Source: Candidatus Marinacidobacterales bacterium
Lineage (GTDB): Bacteria > Acidobacteriota > Vicinamibacteria > Marinacidobacterales > DATDRI01
Assembly (NCBI GenBank): GCA_965219415.1
Contig: CBDCNP010000001.1
Location: 128,001 to 192,000, forward strand
DNA length: 64,000 bases
Reading direction: 5' to 3'
The translations under genes and the position numbers were made by a program. Below the pieces are notes generated by a model. That model was not told the DNA's origin and searched no databases. It saw only the letters and a list, made by a program, of their open reading frames with translations. The stretch's first letter is position 1, and each line of letters starts with the position of its first letter. This document shows, one piece after another, positions 10,078 through 21,453 of this stretch.

Positions 10078-10202
10078 ACTTCTTTCCCAAACAAAACAAA
10101 GAGTTGCGCGGGTTTGCTCGGAGGGATTTTTTCTACGGCTTGCTGCGCTTTTGTGCAGTCGCGATTCCGGGCCGAGCCTGCTCGTCGTCCCGCGGGTTCT
10201 CT

Positions 10203-12678
10203 CTAGCTTTCGCTCTCCGTGCCTTCGTCCTTCGGGAACAGCGTCTGAAGCATCAGGTGCGTTCGGTTTCTCCAGCTCGACCAGCCAGACCCGTCGTGAA
10301 ACTCACCGCCGACGTAGGCATAGCCCTTTTGCTCTAGCACGTCCGCAAAAGCCAGGCCGTCACCTCTGGTGTCCCATCCTTCTTTCTCGCTCTTGGCGTC
10401 ATACTTGATCCAGTCGAGATAAATGGTGAGCGGTTGCCTCCCTGGACTAGACATCAGGGCGGAGTTCTGCTCCCGATAGCCCCTCTCCCAAACGATCGAT
10501 TGCAGTCCGAGCTTGCCGAACATCCCGGGATGCTTCACCGCGGTATAGAAACTCATAAAAGCGGTATGTTCGGTACCGACTAGCGCCCTCGAGCCGGCGC
10601 CGTCCGATACCGGGTAGCGCCCCTCGACCAGTGGAACGATCTCTTCGACCAGCATTCTCTCGTAGAGATCCTTCTGTGCGCCGGAGTAGGTTTGATAAAA
10701 AGTTCGAAAGTTGTAGCCACCGTCGTCCCGCTCGCCTGGAATCGGAATGAAAACGACGAGGATCGGCTCGATGCTATGGCCGCTCAAGTTGTCGAGGGTG
10801 TTCGTCAATCTGCCTAACTGGATCGCCTGGTTGCCGTTGTGTACGTAGGCCACGGGGTATTCCCTGTCGGGCTGGTAGCCGGGTGGCAAGTAGATCTTGA
10901 GGGGCAGGCCCATGTCCAGGTACCGGCTCTCGAGCGCAATCTCCTCGAGCCGGCCGCGCGATTCGGCAGGGGGCTCATCGAGATGGATCGGCGCGACCCA
11001 TTCGGGCATGGCCACATAGGACATCGTGTCTTCGTAAAAGACGAGGGTTTCCATAGGATTCCGCGGATCTTGCAAACGAGTATCGAAATCCTGAATGAAG
11101 CCGTAGTCGACGCGGGCGTCTGACTCCAAGCGCACCGAGTAGTAGAAGAAATCGGTTTCCTCGACCCGGTTCATCGGGCGATCCGTTCGCCCGCCGAACA
11201 GATCGCTAAAGAGTGCCATGTCCTCGCCCAATCCCCGGTAAACGAAGTGCACCATGTCGGTCCCTTCGACAATCGGGAACTGCCGTTGCGATGCCAGGAA
11301 CTCGTCGAGCAAAATCGTCTTTTGGTCGGAGGCCTCGACGCTGGCGATGAAACGCCCGAACTCCGATTCGGAGATGGCTCCTTGTTGCTCCCGGTCGAGG
11401 GTCATCCGTTCGTCCACCTCGACGACGTCGACGCGGGCCCATTCCCCCATGCTGCGAAGATAAAGGCTCTCATTGGCGAAGCTGGCCGGCGTCCACACTA
11501 GGTCGTCGAAAAGGTGAACGCGGGCAATCTCGTTGTATCCTTCGGGGGATGCCGGAGCCATGCTGAGGTCACCGTCCTTGGTGACGATCACCAGATGGCC
11601 ATCGAGCAGAATCGGGAAGCCGTCGCCCGGCGGCCGTGATTTCCAGACGAGCTCGCCCTCCTCTTCGCTGACCGCGCTCAGAATACGGCTGTTGTAGCCG
11701 TAGAAATAGCCCTCGTGATAGACAGGAACAACGTAGGTGTTCTTGATGTAGCGACTCTGCCAGACTTCCCTAGCGCCGGGCTGGTCTCCACCGTTCAACT
11801 CGAAGAGCTTCGAGCTTCCGTGGTGATTGTTGATGAAGACGTGGTCGCCGGAGCCTTTGACGATGTTGGTGCTCCGGCTGCCGATGTCCCTCGTGTCGCC
11901 GCCATGCTCCACCGTCCAGAGCAACTCGCCTGAGGCGGGATCGAGCCCGAGCATCTTTTCATTTCCGATACCCAGCAAGAGCGGCCGCCCTTCGACTGTC
12001 GTCAGTAACGGCGACTGGTAGTCGATCGAATCATGGCCCGCCGTCCAGCGCACATTACCGCTTGCGGCCTCGAACGCCGTGACCGCCCTACCCTTCGGTC
12101 CTCCAGTTTCAAGAATGACGGTGTCGCCGAACGGGATCGGCGCGGTCGCGAAGCCATAGAAGGGAACCACGGACTCCCGATCTTCGGGGCAGGTCTAAAG
12201 ACCACAGCTCCTGCCCGGTCGCAAAATCGAAAGAGAAGAATTGTCCCGAGGTATCCAGCACAAAGACGCGCCCGTCGGCGATCATAGGTGTGGAGATAGG
12301 GCCGTCCTGCGAGCCCCAGTGGCCGGGATAACGCGGCCCGAGTCTGGATCGCCACAGCTCTTCTCCGCTCTCGGCGTCGAAGGCGGCAACATAATCGGAG
12401 GTGGCGTCGGCAAACATGGTTACGGCGACACCATCCACCACTGAGATCCCGGAATAGCCAGAGCCGAGCGGCCTCTTCCAAACGACGTTCAACCGATAGT
12501 TCCCGCCGGGCTGCAGTTTCTTCGTTCGAGTGGCGGTCAAATCCATATTGACGCCCCGCCAGACGGGCCAGTCCCTTTCAGTATGTTGGGAGGAGGCTAG
12601 TGGCGAGAGCGCAAAGGCCAAAGCGAGCGAAGCCAGAATGGTTGTCCTTCGTCGAAGATAGCAAACGCGCCGTTTCAT
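10203..12678 (-). CDS. Exported PQQ-like beta-propeller fused to a Fes-like alpha/beta-hydrolase domain (frameshift near 12170)
   Basis: Signal peptide, WP.WRG and GSGYSG...GP.STP repeats. C-terminal IYLPPGY...YPV.Y esterase-like region. Two overlapping ORFs 12109-12678 and 10203-12170. Confidence 0.8.
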
Positions 12679-12699
12679 CAGTACCTCCTTGAGGAGTGT

Positions 12700-12804
12700 G
12701 AAAATAGCTCCGCACAGGTTGAAGAGTCAAAGGGGTCGTCTGTCCCCGCACCATCCGTGTTTTGTCCGCGAACATGGAAAAAAACCCGACAACACAGACC
12801 AAAC
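12700..12804 (-). promoter_or_regulatory. Dispersed repeat copy 2; TTGACT-N18-TATTTT just upstream of the AGGAGG RBS and ATG at 12678
   Basis: Similar along its full length to 1534-1637. The -10 box lies ~22 nt from the start codon. Confidence 0.75.
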
Positions 12805-12844
12805 CGGCTAAGGCTGAGGAGGAGCGCGGGATACTTTATCTCGT

Positions 12845-14236
12845 CTATCCCTCTTCTGCGATGCAGTAGAGGTATTGCTCCCCGCGCAAGAACAGCTCGC
12901 CGCTGGTGATTGCGGCCGAGGCGCTGAAGCTGTCGTCGAGAAGGTTGAGTGCGAGGGCCTTGGGGTTGTCGTCATGACTGAGCACTAGTGTCGCGCCATC
13001 CAAGTCGGTGATGTAAACGCGGCCGGCGGCGCCCACCGGCGAAGCATATACGTTGCCGATGCCGTCGAGCCGCAATGGGCCTGGGCGGTCTTCGCCGGTC
13101 TTTACACGCAGGCGTGTAAGGATTCCTTGGTAGTGATAAAGGAAGTACAACGCGTCTCCGTAGAGCAATGGCGACGGCACGTATGGAGTGCCTCTACTTC
13201 GCGTCCACACGACCCGGTTGGTTCCGGTGATGTCGCCCCTGGCGTCGTCGAGACGTATGGCCAGCAAGTTCCTCGTGTCGTAACTGCTGCCGGCATAGAC
13301 CATGCCGGCCGCGGCCACCGGCGAGGCAACGATGTTGGCCGACAGCCCGGCGCATTCCCAGATAACCCTACCGGTGTCAAGCTCGTAGCCACGCACACGC
13401 TTCGTGCCGCTGATGATGACCTGGTGCTTCCCGCCGTGCTCGACCACAACCGGCGTCGCCCACGACGTGGGCTCGTCACGCTCAACCTTCCAACGCTGTT
13501 TGCCGGTTCGCTTGTCAAACGCAACCACAAACGACTGCCCTTCGTGATCCCAGTTGATGATCAGAGTATCGCCGTGAAGCACGGGCGAGCCGCCCTCGCC
13601 ATGCCCGTGCTTGGTCTGCATGTCGCCCAGGTCAGTCTCCCATAGCAACTCACCGTCCAAATCGAGGCTGTAAAGGCCGTAGGAGCCGAAGAAGGCAAAC
13701 AAGTGTTCACCGTCAACGACCGGAGAGTTCGACGCAAAGCTTCCCGTGTAGTGAATGCCTTCATTGGGTATGAGCTCGCGAACCGTCCTTTGCCAAACGA
13801 TCTTGCCGTCGAGGCGGTTGACGGCAAGCACGGCGAATGATTGGCGCCGCACCACCGGTAGACCGTCGTGCGCACCGGGGCGGCGGCCAGCCGGCGGGGG
13901 GACTTGCCTTCCTGAAGGAATGGCAGCGGTCAGGAAAATGCGATCGCCCCAGACGACCGGCGTCGAATGCCCTTTGCCAGGAAGCGCGAGCTTCCAACGG
14001 ATGTTCTTGTCCTCGCTCCACTCCAACGGCGGGTCGGCGCGCGGCGCGACGCCGGTACCCAGGGGCCCGCGCCACTGCGGCCAGTAGTGATCGGGGTCGG
14101 CACCGCTCTGACTGGGTGCGGCCCTTTTTTGTTGGGCTATTTCCTGCGGGCTCTCCGGCCGCTCTCTCGAACCGAAGACGCCCGCGATGCTCATCGCCGC
14201 AAGCGTCCCGCCCACGGACAGGAGAAGCCATCTCAT
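12845..14236 (-). CDS. PQQ-binding-like beta-propeller repeat protein (BamB-like)
   Basis: WPQWRGP, PG.GHSTPVVWGDRIF, SWATPV, PYVPSP and YASPV motifs. Confidence 0.88.
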   Translation of the reverse strand: MRWLLLSVGGTLAAMSIAGVFGSRERPESPQEIAQQKRAAPSQSGADPDHYWPQWRGPLGTGVAPRADPPLEWSEDKNIRWKLALPGKGHSTPVVWGDRIFLTAAIPSGRQVPPPAGRRPGAHDGLPVVRRQSFAVLAVNRLDGKIVWQRTVRELIPNEGIHYTGSFASNSPVVDGEHLFAFFGSYGLYSLDLDGELLWETDLGDMQTKHGHGEGGSPVLHGDTLIINWDHEGQSFVVAFDKRTGKQRWKVERDEPTSWATPVVVEHGGKHQVIISGTKRVRGYELDTGRVIWECAGLSANIVASPVAAAGMVYAGSSYDTRNLLAIRLDDARGDITGTNRVVWTRSRGTPYVPSPLLYGDALYFLYHYQGILTRLRVKTGEDRPGPLRLDGIGNVYASPVGAAGRVYITDLDGATLVLSHDDNPKALALNLLDDSFSASAAITSGELFLRGEQYLYCIAEEG

Positions 14237-15176
14237 TGCACACCGAGAAACCGCGCCGGATTGGTCTTGCTTTGCCGCGTGCGAACTACGAGACCTTCGT
14301 GCCCTCGGATCCGAACCGCAATGGTGCGCCACGTACCATCGAGAACCTCGTTCTTTGGTGTGTAGGCAACGCGATAGCTCGTGTGGAGCTCCTGCCCGAT
14401 GGCGGCGAAGCTTCGGTGGAGGTGGTCGACGTTGACGGGGTAGAAGGCGCGACCGCCGCTCTCACTCGCAAGTTGGGTGAGAAAGTTCCGGTTGACGCCT
14501 CGCCCTTCGCCGATGAAACCGACGGTGTAGATCGTCACCTCGGACATCTTCCCCGCTTCGACCACGTCACTCGCAGACCTCTTGCTACCGCCGTCCATAG
14601 GTCTCGAATCACTGCCATCCGTAAACACCAGGAGTGCTTTTCGTCCGTCGATCCTCGCAAGCCTATCGAGAGAATGCAAAATTGCGTCGTACAGGGCTGT
14701 CGATCCTCGAGCGTGGAGAGAGCGAATCGCCTTCAAGAGAGGATCATGGAAAGCTGTGAAATGCGTACTTTTGAGGATCGTATCGCTGAAGATCACGACC
14801 GCTGCCTCGTCCCGCGAGCTCATCTCGCGAACCAAGTTCGACGAAGCCTTCTTGATCGCACCTTCGCTGCCCGTAATACTCGTCGAGGCATCGAGAAGCA
14901 AGACAAGGGTAACCGGAGTTAATTCGTCTGAGGAGAAGAGGCTCACCTCCTGGCGCACACCGTCCTCCAAGATCTCGAAATCGTCGGCGGTCAACCCAGG
15001 AAGAAAGAGCTGACTCGGGCCGGTCACGACCACCTCAAGTAAACCGAACTGACGTTGGTCTTGAACCGGGGCGTGGGCCTACTTTGGCCTTGGAAGTTCT
15101 GCGGCGGCAGAAACGCGAGAGCGTGCGCAGACGCCGAGACAATGAGAAGAGCTATCGCGTTAACGGTACTGGTCAT
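14233..15176 (-). CDS. VWA domain protein (acidobacterial VWFA-related), frameshifted near 15036
   Basis: GLTADDF.ILEDG..Q, LLLDASTS (MIDAS), GSTALYDA, VFTDG.D and SGGRAF motifs. Signal-like N-terminus in another frame from ATG 15176. Confidence 0.85.
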
Positions 15177-15458
15177 GGCGCTCGCCTACCATTTTCACCC
15201 GGCCATCATGGCCTGCAATGAGGCCGCGGCAAAGGAGAAGGTGTTGGCTGACCTAGGCCAGGACGGGCTCATCCGTGTAATCCCAGGTTCGAAGCGTCCC
15301 GGGCTCGAGCCGGATCACTTCCAGGTCGACGCCCTTGTACGCATATCCTCCATGGAAAGCGCCAGTGTACTAGATCCGGCGCCGACACCGACAACAGAAG
15401 AGGCGGGTTGCACGGTGCAAGTGCGTCGTGCTAGATACCGCTAACAGAGAGGTAAGTA

Positions 15459-16918
15459 TGAAAGAGAAACGGAGAGTCCACGTGGGGGTCTTATACCTGT
15501 TTCTGCTGGTCGGCCTTCTTGCTCAGTTTCAAACCACAGCACAGGCTCAGGAATGGGAAGCTGAATCTTCAGTCGATGAAGAGATAGATATGAAGGAATG
15601 GAATAATCGGATTCGCCGAGACAAGTTCGATCTCCTTCTGCCACAAATCATGAGGGAGCGCGATATCGACATGTGGATCCATGTGATGAGACTAGCCATT
15701 CCTGATTCTTTTGGTGCAGAAGAATTGGGCGGCACCTCCGGCTTTTTCGTCTTTACCGACCGTGGCGGTGACAGGATCGAACGCGCGATTCTCGGACGTC
15801 GCTGGGGAGATACGCAGCGTGAACGGGGAGAGCGGGAGACCTTGGTTGAAGAAAGTGGGGCCTACGACATCATTGGCGAGCCCGTCCGTGTGCAGGAACC
15901 GGTGGGAGGTCCGATGACCGAGTATGACCATCGATTCGAGGGCCTGAGAGAATTCGTAGAAGCACGTGACCCCCAGCGCATTGCGATAAATTTCAGGCAT
16001 GATCTGGGACCGTGGGAGACCTACACCGACTTTGGGGGCGCGAAAGACGGTTTGTCGCATACAGACTACGTCCTATTGACCGAGGAGCTCGGTGACAAAT
16101 ATGCGGACAGGCTGGTTTCGTCTGAGTATCTGATGATGGACTACATTATTAGAAAGGTCCCGAGCGAAATTGAGCTACTAAGGAAGATGCGTAAGCACAG
16201 AGTTGAAAGGGTCAAGAAAGCCTTTGCTGAAGTCGTGCCGGGGGTTACTAAGAGTCGCGAGGCCAGAATAACTGTCTTTCGCCGGATGCGCCCAGGACAG
16301 TCACAAAGAGGAAGGAGCAGAGGCTGGGAAGGCAGTGTGGTCCAGGGAGGCGACATCCTTGCCGCACCAGGCGTGGGAATGTACGCCTACGTGCTCCGTG
16401 AGGGAGAGACCGAACCGCCTCCAGACATCCAAAGGCTCTGGGCAGAGTATCTGAAGATCGACGAGATTCTGGCAGATACTATCAGGGCGGGGCTTACCGC
16501 TCGTGAGATCATTCAAAACTACACGCGGAAATTCGAGGAGGAGGGGATTATTCTACGGGACAACCAATTGCATATGATTCAGCCAAAGAACGATTTCTCT
16601 GCCTACTCCAAAGGATTTGATCCTGAAAAAACACACCTTAGTGTCGACGCTCATGGCATGATGAAAGGAGCGCGAGAAAGGGACGACGAGAATTATCTTG
16701 GTCCCAGGATCGGCTCTCTTGGTCCGGATTGGACGAAAGACATACCACTCCCACCCAATCACCACTTTGTTTTGGAGTATTTTTTCTATATGCCGTCGTC
16801 TTCCAGCGAAGGCGAAGACCAATATCTACTCTGGTGGGATCATGAGTCGGTGATTGCCACCGAAAGTGGAGTCGAGTATTTTTTTGCACCGCAAAAGGAG
16901 CTTTATCTGGTTCACTAA
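15459..16918 (+). CDS. Exported M24 (Xaa-Pro peptidase-like) family protein
   Basis: KFD..LP..MR...IDMWIH and FTDRGGDRIERA motifs. Clear paralog of 16932-18310. Confidence 0.75.
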
Positions 16919-16931
16919 TGGTTCGCAAAGA

Positions 16932-18310
16932 TTAGCGAATCAACAGGATTCTTTGGTCGTGCGGGTACAGAAGCTCGACTCCGTTTGCGGTGACGATCGC
17001 GTTGTCCTCGAAGCCGAGCCGCAGTCGGACCCCGCCGAACGACGGCAGCGCGGTGTGAGTGAAGTACTCGAAGGCGAATAGGTTATTGGGCTGGACGGTG
17101 AGGTGGGCGCGTCCCGGCCGGAACGGGGCGATTCCGGGCCCAACCGCGACGTCACCACTTCCGGTGTTGCCGAGGGTGTGCAAATCCATCGACACACCGG
17201 TGACGTTGGGTTCATCGAACTCGGCGATCATTTGCCGGTCGATCGACCCGATGTCGGTGAACGGTGTGTAGGCGAAGCCCGCCGCTTCCAACGCGCCCGC
17301 CATCGCCTCGAGCGATTCCGCGGCGGTGTCTCCGGCGCGGACGCTGCGCCGCATGACCTCGCCGGCGCGCAGGCCCTCGCTCCAAGCGTGCTAGATATCC
17401 GCCGGAACTGAAGTCTCCCCCTCGCGCAGGATATAAGCGGTGCGCTTCAAGTCGGTGGCAAAGTTCAGGTATTTCACGCCCAAGTCGAAGTAGATGAGAT
17501 CACCACGCTGGAACGCGTATTGGTCCGACCGATACTCGGCCGGTTCGGCCACCGCCGAGTGGATCACCGACGGCTTGCTGGCTGAGCCGCCGGGTTGATT
17601 GTCGAAGGAGTAGTCGAGGCTCTGCTCCAGCAGCTGGTCCTTCGCCCACCAACCGACGTCCTCTCTGGTGGTAGCTCCCGGCGTGATCACTTCGCCCGAC
17701 AAGGCGCGCTCAAGAATCCGGCGAGTCATCTCGCCGGCGTCCGCGAATGCAACAATTTCACTCTGAACACGCCGGACACGGAAGTCGGTGATGACCTTCT
17801 CGCTCGACACGAGGCGGGAGGCGTAACGCTGGCCGAGCCGGTCGACGAGCAGCTCATGGCCAGAGTAGGAGAGACCGTCAGCGGCGGGTAGCCACGCCGA
17901 AGTGTTCACGGCGATCACCTCCGGGTCGCGCTCCTGCACGAACCGACGTAGATCTGTGCTGGCGCCGAAGAAATCGTAGGGGTCGCCGTCGCTGGCGCGA
18001 ATTCCCTTGTCGTGTCCGCCGAGCACGGCGCGCTCGATCCTATCGCCACCCCGATCGGTGAAGATGAAATAGGAGGTGGTGCCACGCAGGTCGAGTGGTG
18101 TGCCCAAGTCGAGCGCCAGAGGGTCCGGGTTGCCATCGCGGATGACATGTACCCACATGTCGACGCCGTTGTCGCGCATGGCGCCCGGCAAAACGAGATC
18201 GAACTTTTCGCGCTGGATCAGCTCGAGCAGCTCGGCTCGAGCACGGGCCTCCTGGGCCCTGGCGTCGACTCCCACCAGAGCGGCGGTGATAGAGGCGAGT
18301 GCGAGGATTG
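16932..18310 (-). CDS. Exported M24 (Xaa-Pro peptidase-like) family protein, frameshift near 17385, 5' end unclear
   Basis: GDLIYFDLG...TDLKR.AY.LREGE, H..G, AFE and GFED metal-ligand motifs. Confidence 0.75.
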
Positions 18311-18395
18311 AGCCCCTCTCCCAAAGCGAGAGGGAATAAAGGAAAAGAAGCCATCAGTCCACCCTCACCCTACCCTCTCCCAGAGGGAAAGGGAT
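18311..18395. repeat. REP-like palindromes (CCCTCACCCTACCCTCTCCC...GGG type), two copies
   Basis: CCCCTCTCCCAAAGCGAGAGGG and CCCTCACCCTACCCTCTCCCAGAGGGAAAGGG hairpins. Confidence 0.6.
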
Positions 18396-18422
18396 AAAAG
18401 AAGGAAGCCAAAGTCATTCGGT

Positions 18423-18456
18423 GAAAATAGCCTTGCACTGGTTGACAAGTCAAAGA
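18423..18456 (-). promoter_or_regulatory. Dispersed repeat copy 3 (promoter part only)
   Basis: TTGACT-TGTCAACCAGTGCAAGGC-TATTTT. Spacer similar to copies 1 and 2. Confidence 0.65.
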
Positions 18457-18619
18457 GGAGAACGCGTCGCAAGTCCTCGAGCACGCCGCGAGCGCTCCCC
18501 TTTCTAACTCGGATATGCTATCTTGCGCTCCCGGAGGATTGAAGAACGCAGCCAGCGCCTGCGGCCCGTGCGAGGCGCGACCCTCACCCATCGAACGACA
18601 GCTCGAAATCCCGTTTGAT

Positions 18620-20261
18620 ATGCCGAAACCCGTTCTGCTCACCGTAGACGACGATGCCGATGTCCTGAGCGCGATCGTTCGAGATCTGCGCAAGTGGTAC
18701 GGTCGCGACTATCGCATCCTGCGTACCGACTCCGGGCTCGCGGCCCTCACCCTTCTTCATGAACTGAAAGACCGGAGCGATCCGGTTGCGCTGGTACTCT
18801 CCGATCAACGGATGCCCGAGATGGATGGGGTGACCCTGCTCTCCGAAGCCATGACGCTCCACCCGAGAAGCAAGCGGGCGTTGCTCACAGCCTACGCGGA
18901 CACGGAGGCGGCCATCGGGGCGATCAACAAATCACAGGTCGATTACTACATTCTGAAGCCGTGGGATCCCCCCGAAGAGAAGCTGTATCCGGTGCTGGAC
19001 GACCTGCTCGATGACTGGCGCTCATCGTTTCGCCCGGGGTACGGTGGCGTTCGCATCGTCGGCGATCGTTGGTCGGCCCGGTGCTACCGCCTTCGCGACT
19101 TTTTGGCTCGCAATCAGGTCCCGTACCAATTTCTCGACGTGGAGTCTTCCGACGAGGCACGGGCGCTGGCGGCTGACATCGAACCGTCCCAATTGCCGCT
19201 AGTCCTTCTTCCCGGCGGTGCACGCTTGATGGCGCCGGAGCTTGCCGACGTGGCTGAAGGGATCGGGTTCACGGCCAAGGCCAAGGAGCGCTTCTACGAC
19301 CTGGCGATCGTCGGGGCGGGCCCCGTCGGGCTGGCGGCCGCCGTGTACGGCGGCTCGGAGGGACTGCGCACGGTCCTCATCGAACGGGAAGCACCAGGGG
19401 GGCAGGCCGGCACCAGCAGCAGGATCGAGAATTACCTCGGGTTTCTCGGGTGGCGATCTCGCGCGGCGCGCGGTGGCCCAGGCACGCAAGTTCGGGGTGG
19501 AGATCCTGACGCCGCAGGGGGCAACGGCGCTGCGAGTGGACGGACCGTATAAGCATCTGCGGCTGTCGGATGGGTCCGAGATTTCCTGCCACGTGCTGAT
19601 GCTGGCCATGGGCGTATCCTGGAACCGACTTCCCGCGTCCGGCGCGGACCGGTTGACCGGATCGGGGATCTACTACGGCGCGGCCGCCACGGAGGCTATG
19701 CACGCGAAGGATCAGACGGTCTACATGGTGGGTGGCGGGAACTCTGCAGGCCAGGCCGCGATCTACTTCAAGGATTTTGCCAGCAAGGTCGTCATGATCG
19801 TTCGCGGAGACTCGCTGCACGCCAAGATGTCGCACTACCTCGTGAGTCGCATCGAGTCCACCGACAACATCGAGGTGCGACTGAACACGGAGATTCGAGC
19901 CTGCCAAGGAAGTGAACGCCTGGCAGCGCTCGAATTGTGCGAGACCCGAAACGACCGCACCGATGTCGTGCCGGCTACTTATCTGTTCGTGTTTCTCGGC
20001 GCCGCCCCGCGAACCGACTGGCTCAGAGACATCGTGGCGTGCGATACACGCGGATTTATTCTGACCGGTCCCGAACTGGATCCGAAAACGCACATGAGCG
20101 ACTGGCCGCTGGAACGGCCGCCTTTCTTGCTAGAGACGAATGTCCCCGGGATCTTCGCCTCTGGTGACGCACGACGTGCGTCGGTCAAGAGGGTCGCGTC
20201 AGCGGTGGGGGAAGGATCGGTCGCGGTGTACTTCATGCATCAGGTGCTGGCCGCACGCTGA
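18620..20261 (+). CDS. Response-regulator receiver fused to thioredoxin reductase-like FAD oxidoreductase (frameshift near 19445)
   Basis: [56 protein letters not shown] and [10 protein letters not shown] motifs. Confidence 0.92.
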
Positions 20262-20295
20262 GGCCTGGTCGTCTCGTGCCCTCCCGAAAGCAACG

Positions 20296-21449
20296 ATGAA
20301 GTTTACAGCCGACGAGCTGCGCGCGATCACCATCCTCGAGGGCCTGCCCGACAGACAGATCGCATGGTTCAGCGATCACGGAGAGAAGATCGACCTCGCC
20401 CCTGGCGATCGAATGTTCGAGCGCGGCCAGCCCTCCGACTTCATGTTCATCATCGTCAAGGGCACTATCCAGCGATACGAGGAGATCGGGGGAGCAGTGG
20501 TTGCTCGCGGCCACGACCCAGCAAGGCGAGGCAACGGGGGTGCTGCCCTATTCGCGCATGACTCAGTATCCGGGCTACACCGTGGCCGCCGAGGCCTCGC
20601 AGGTCCTCCGCGTCAAGAAGAGCGATTTCCAAGAAATGCTCGTGGTGAGCCCGGAGGTCGGCCGACGGCTGGTCGGCGTAATGTCGGACCGGGTTCGCGG
20701 TGACGTCTCGATGCGGAGCTCGCCGCCGTCATTCATGGCGTCGAGGGCGTTGTCAATGAGGTTGGTCCACACCTGGTTGAGCTCACCGGCATTCGCGGGG
20801 ATCGCCGGCAGGTCTTGTTGGTAATCGCGCGTCAGCCGGGCGTTCTTCTTCTTGAGCTTGTGGCTCAGCATGATGAGCGTCTTGTCCACACCCTCCCGAA
20901 CGTCAATGGGCTTGTGCTCGGAGGAGCGGTCCATGTGCGAATACGTTTTGACCGAGGCGATCAGCTCCGAGATGCGTGCGGCCGAGGACGCGATTTCTGC
21001 GACCATGCGATCCGCACCGAGGCCACCCGCGACCCAGGCGAGCGCCTCGGCGACGACGGAGGCGGGAGTCTGTCCCTCGAACTGGTCCAGATCGTCGATG
21101 CCCAACCCGGCGTCGACGAATGTCCCGGCGATCTCCCAGGCGTCCGCGACGCCATGATCTTCCAGCCAGCCGCCGAGCTCCTCTTCGCGTTCGGCGCGCG
21201 CGAGGGGTGAGAGGTCGGCGGGATGGTGCTCGCGAACCAGACGCTGAAGACGATCGATGGCCTGGACGGCCGTCTCGTCCATGCGGTGTCGAATCATTCC
21301 CAGGACGAGCGGCGACAATTTCGCGAGCTGCTCCGACACGCTCGCGGCGGCGCGGCCCACGGCCGCCGCAGGGTTGTTCAGTTCGTGTGCCAACCCGGCG
21401 GAAAGCCGCCCCAGGGCTGCCATCCGTTCCCGTTGCTGCTCGAGACGGA
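20296..21449. pseudogene. cNMP-binding histidine kinase, rearranged: 5' part on +, HisKA/partial HATPase inverted on -
   Basis: cNMP domain at 20296-20705 (+). EQQRERMAALGRLSAGLAHELNNP...ELNQVWTNLIDNA on - strand 21449-20706. G boxes missing. Confidence 0.85.
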
Positions 21450-21453
21450 GAAG

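Noticed and set aside
15055-15444. 129-aa + strand ORF
   Set aside because: It overlaps the frameshifted N-terminus of the minus-strand VWA gene and has no recognisable features.
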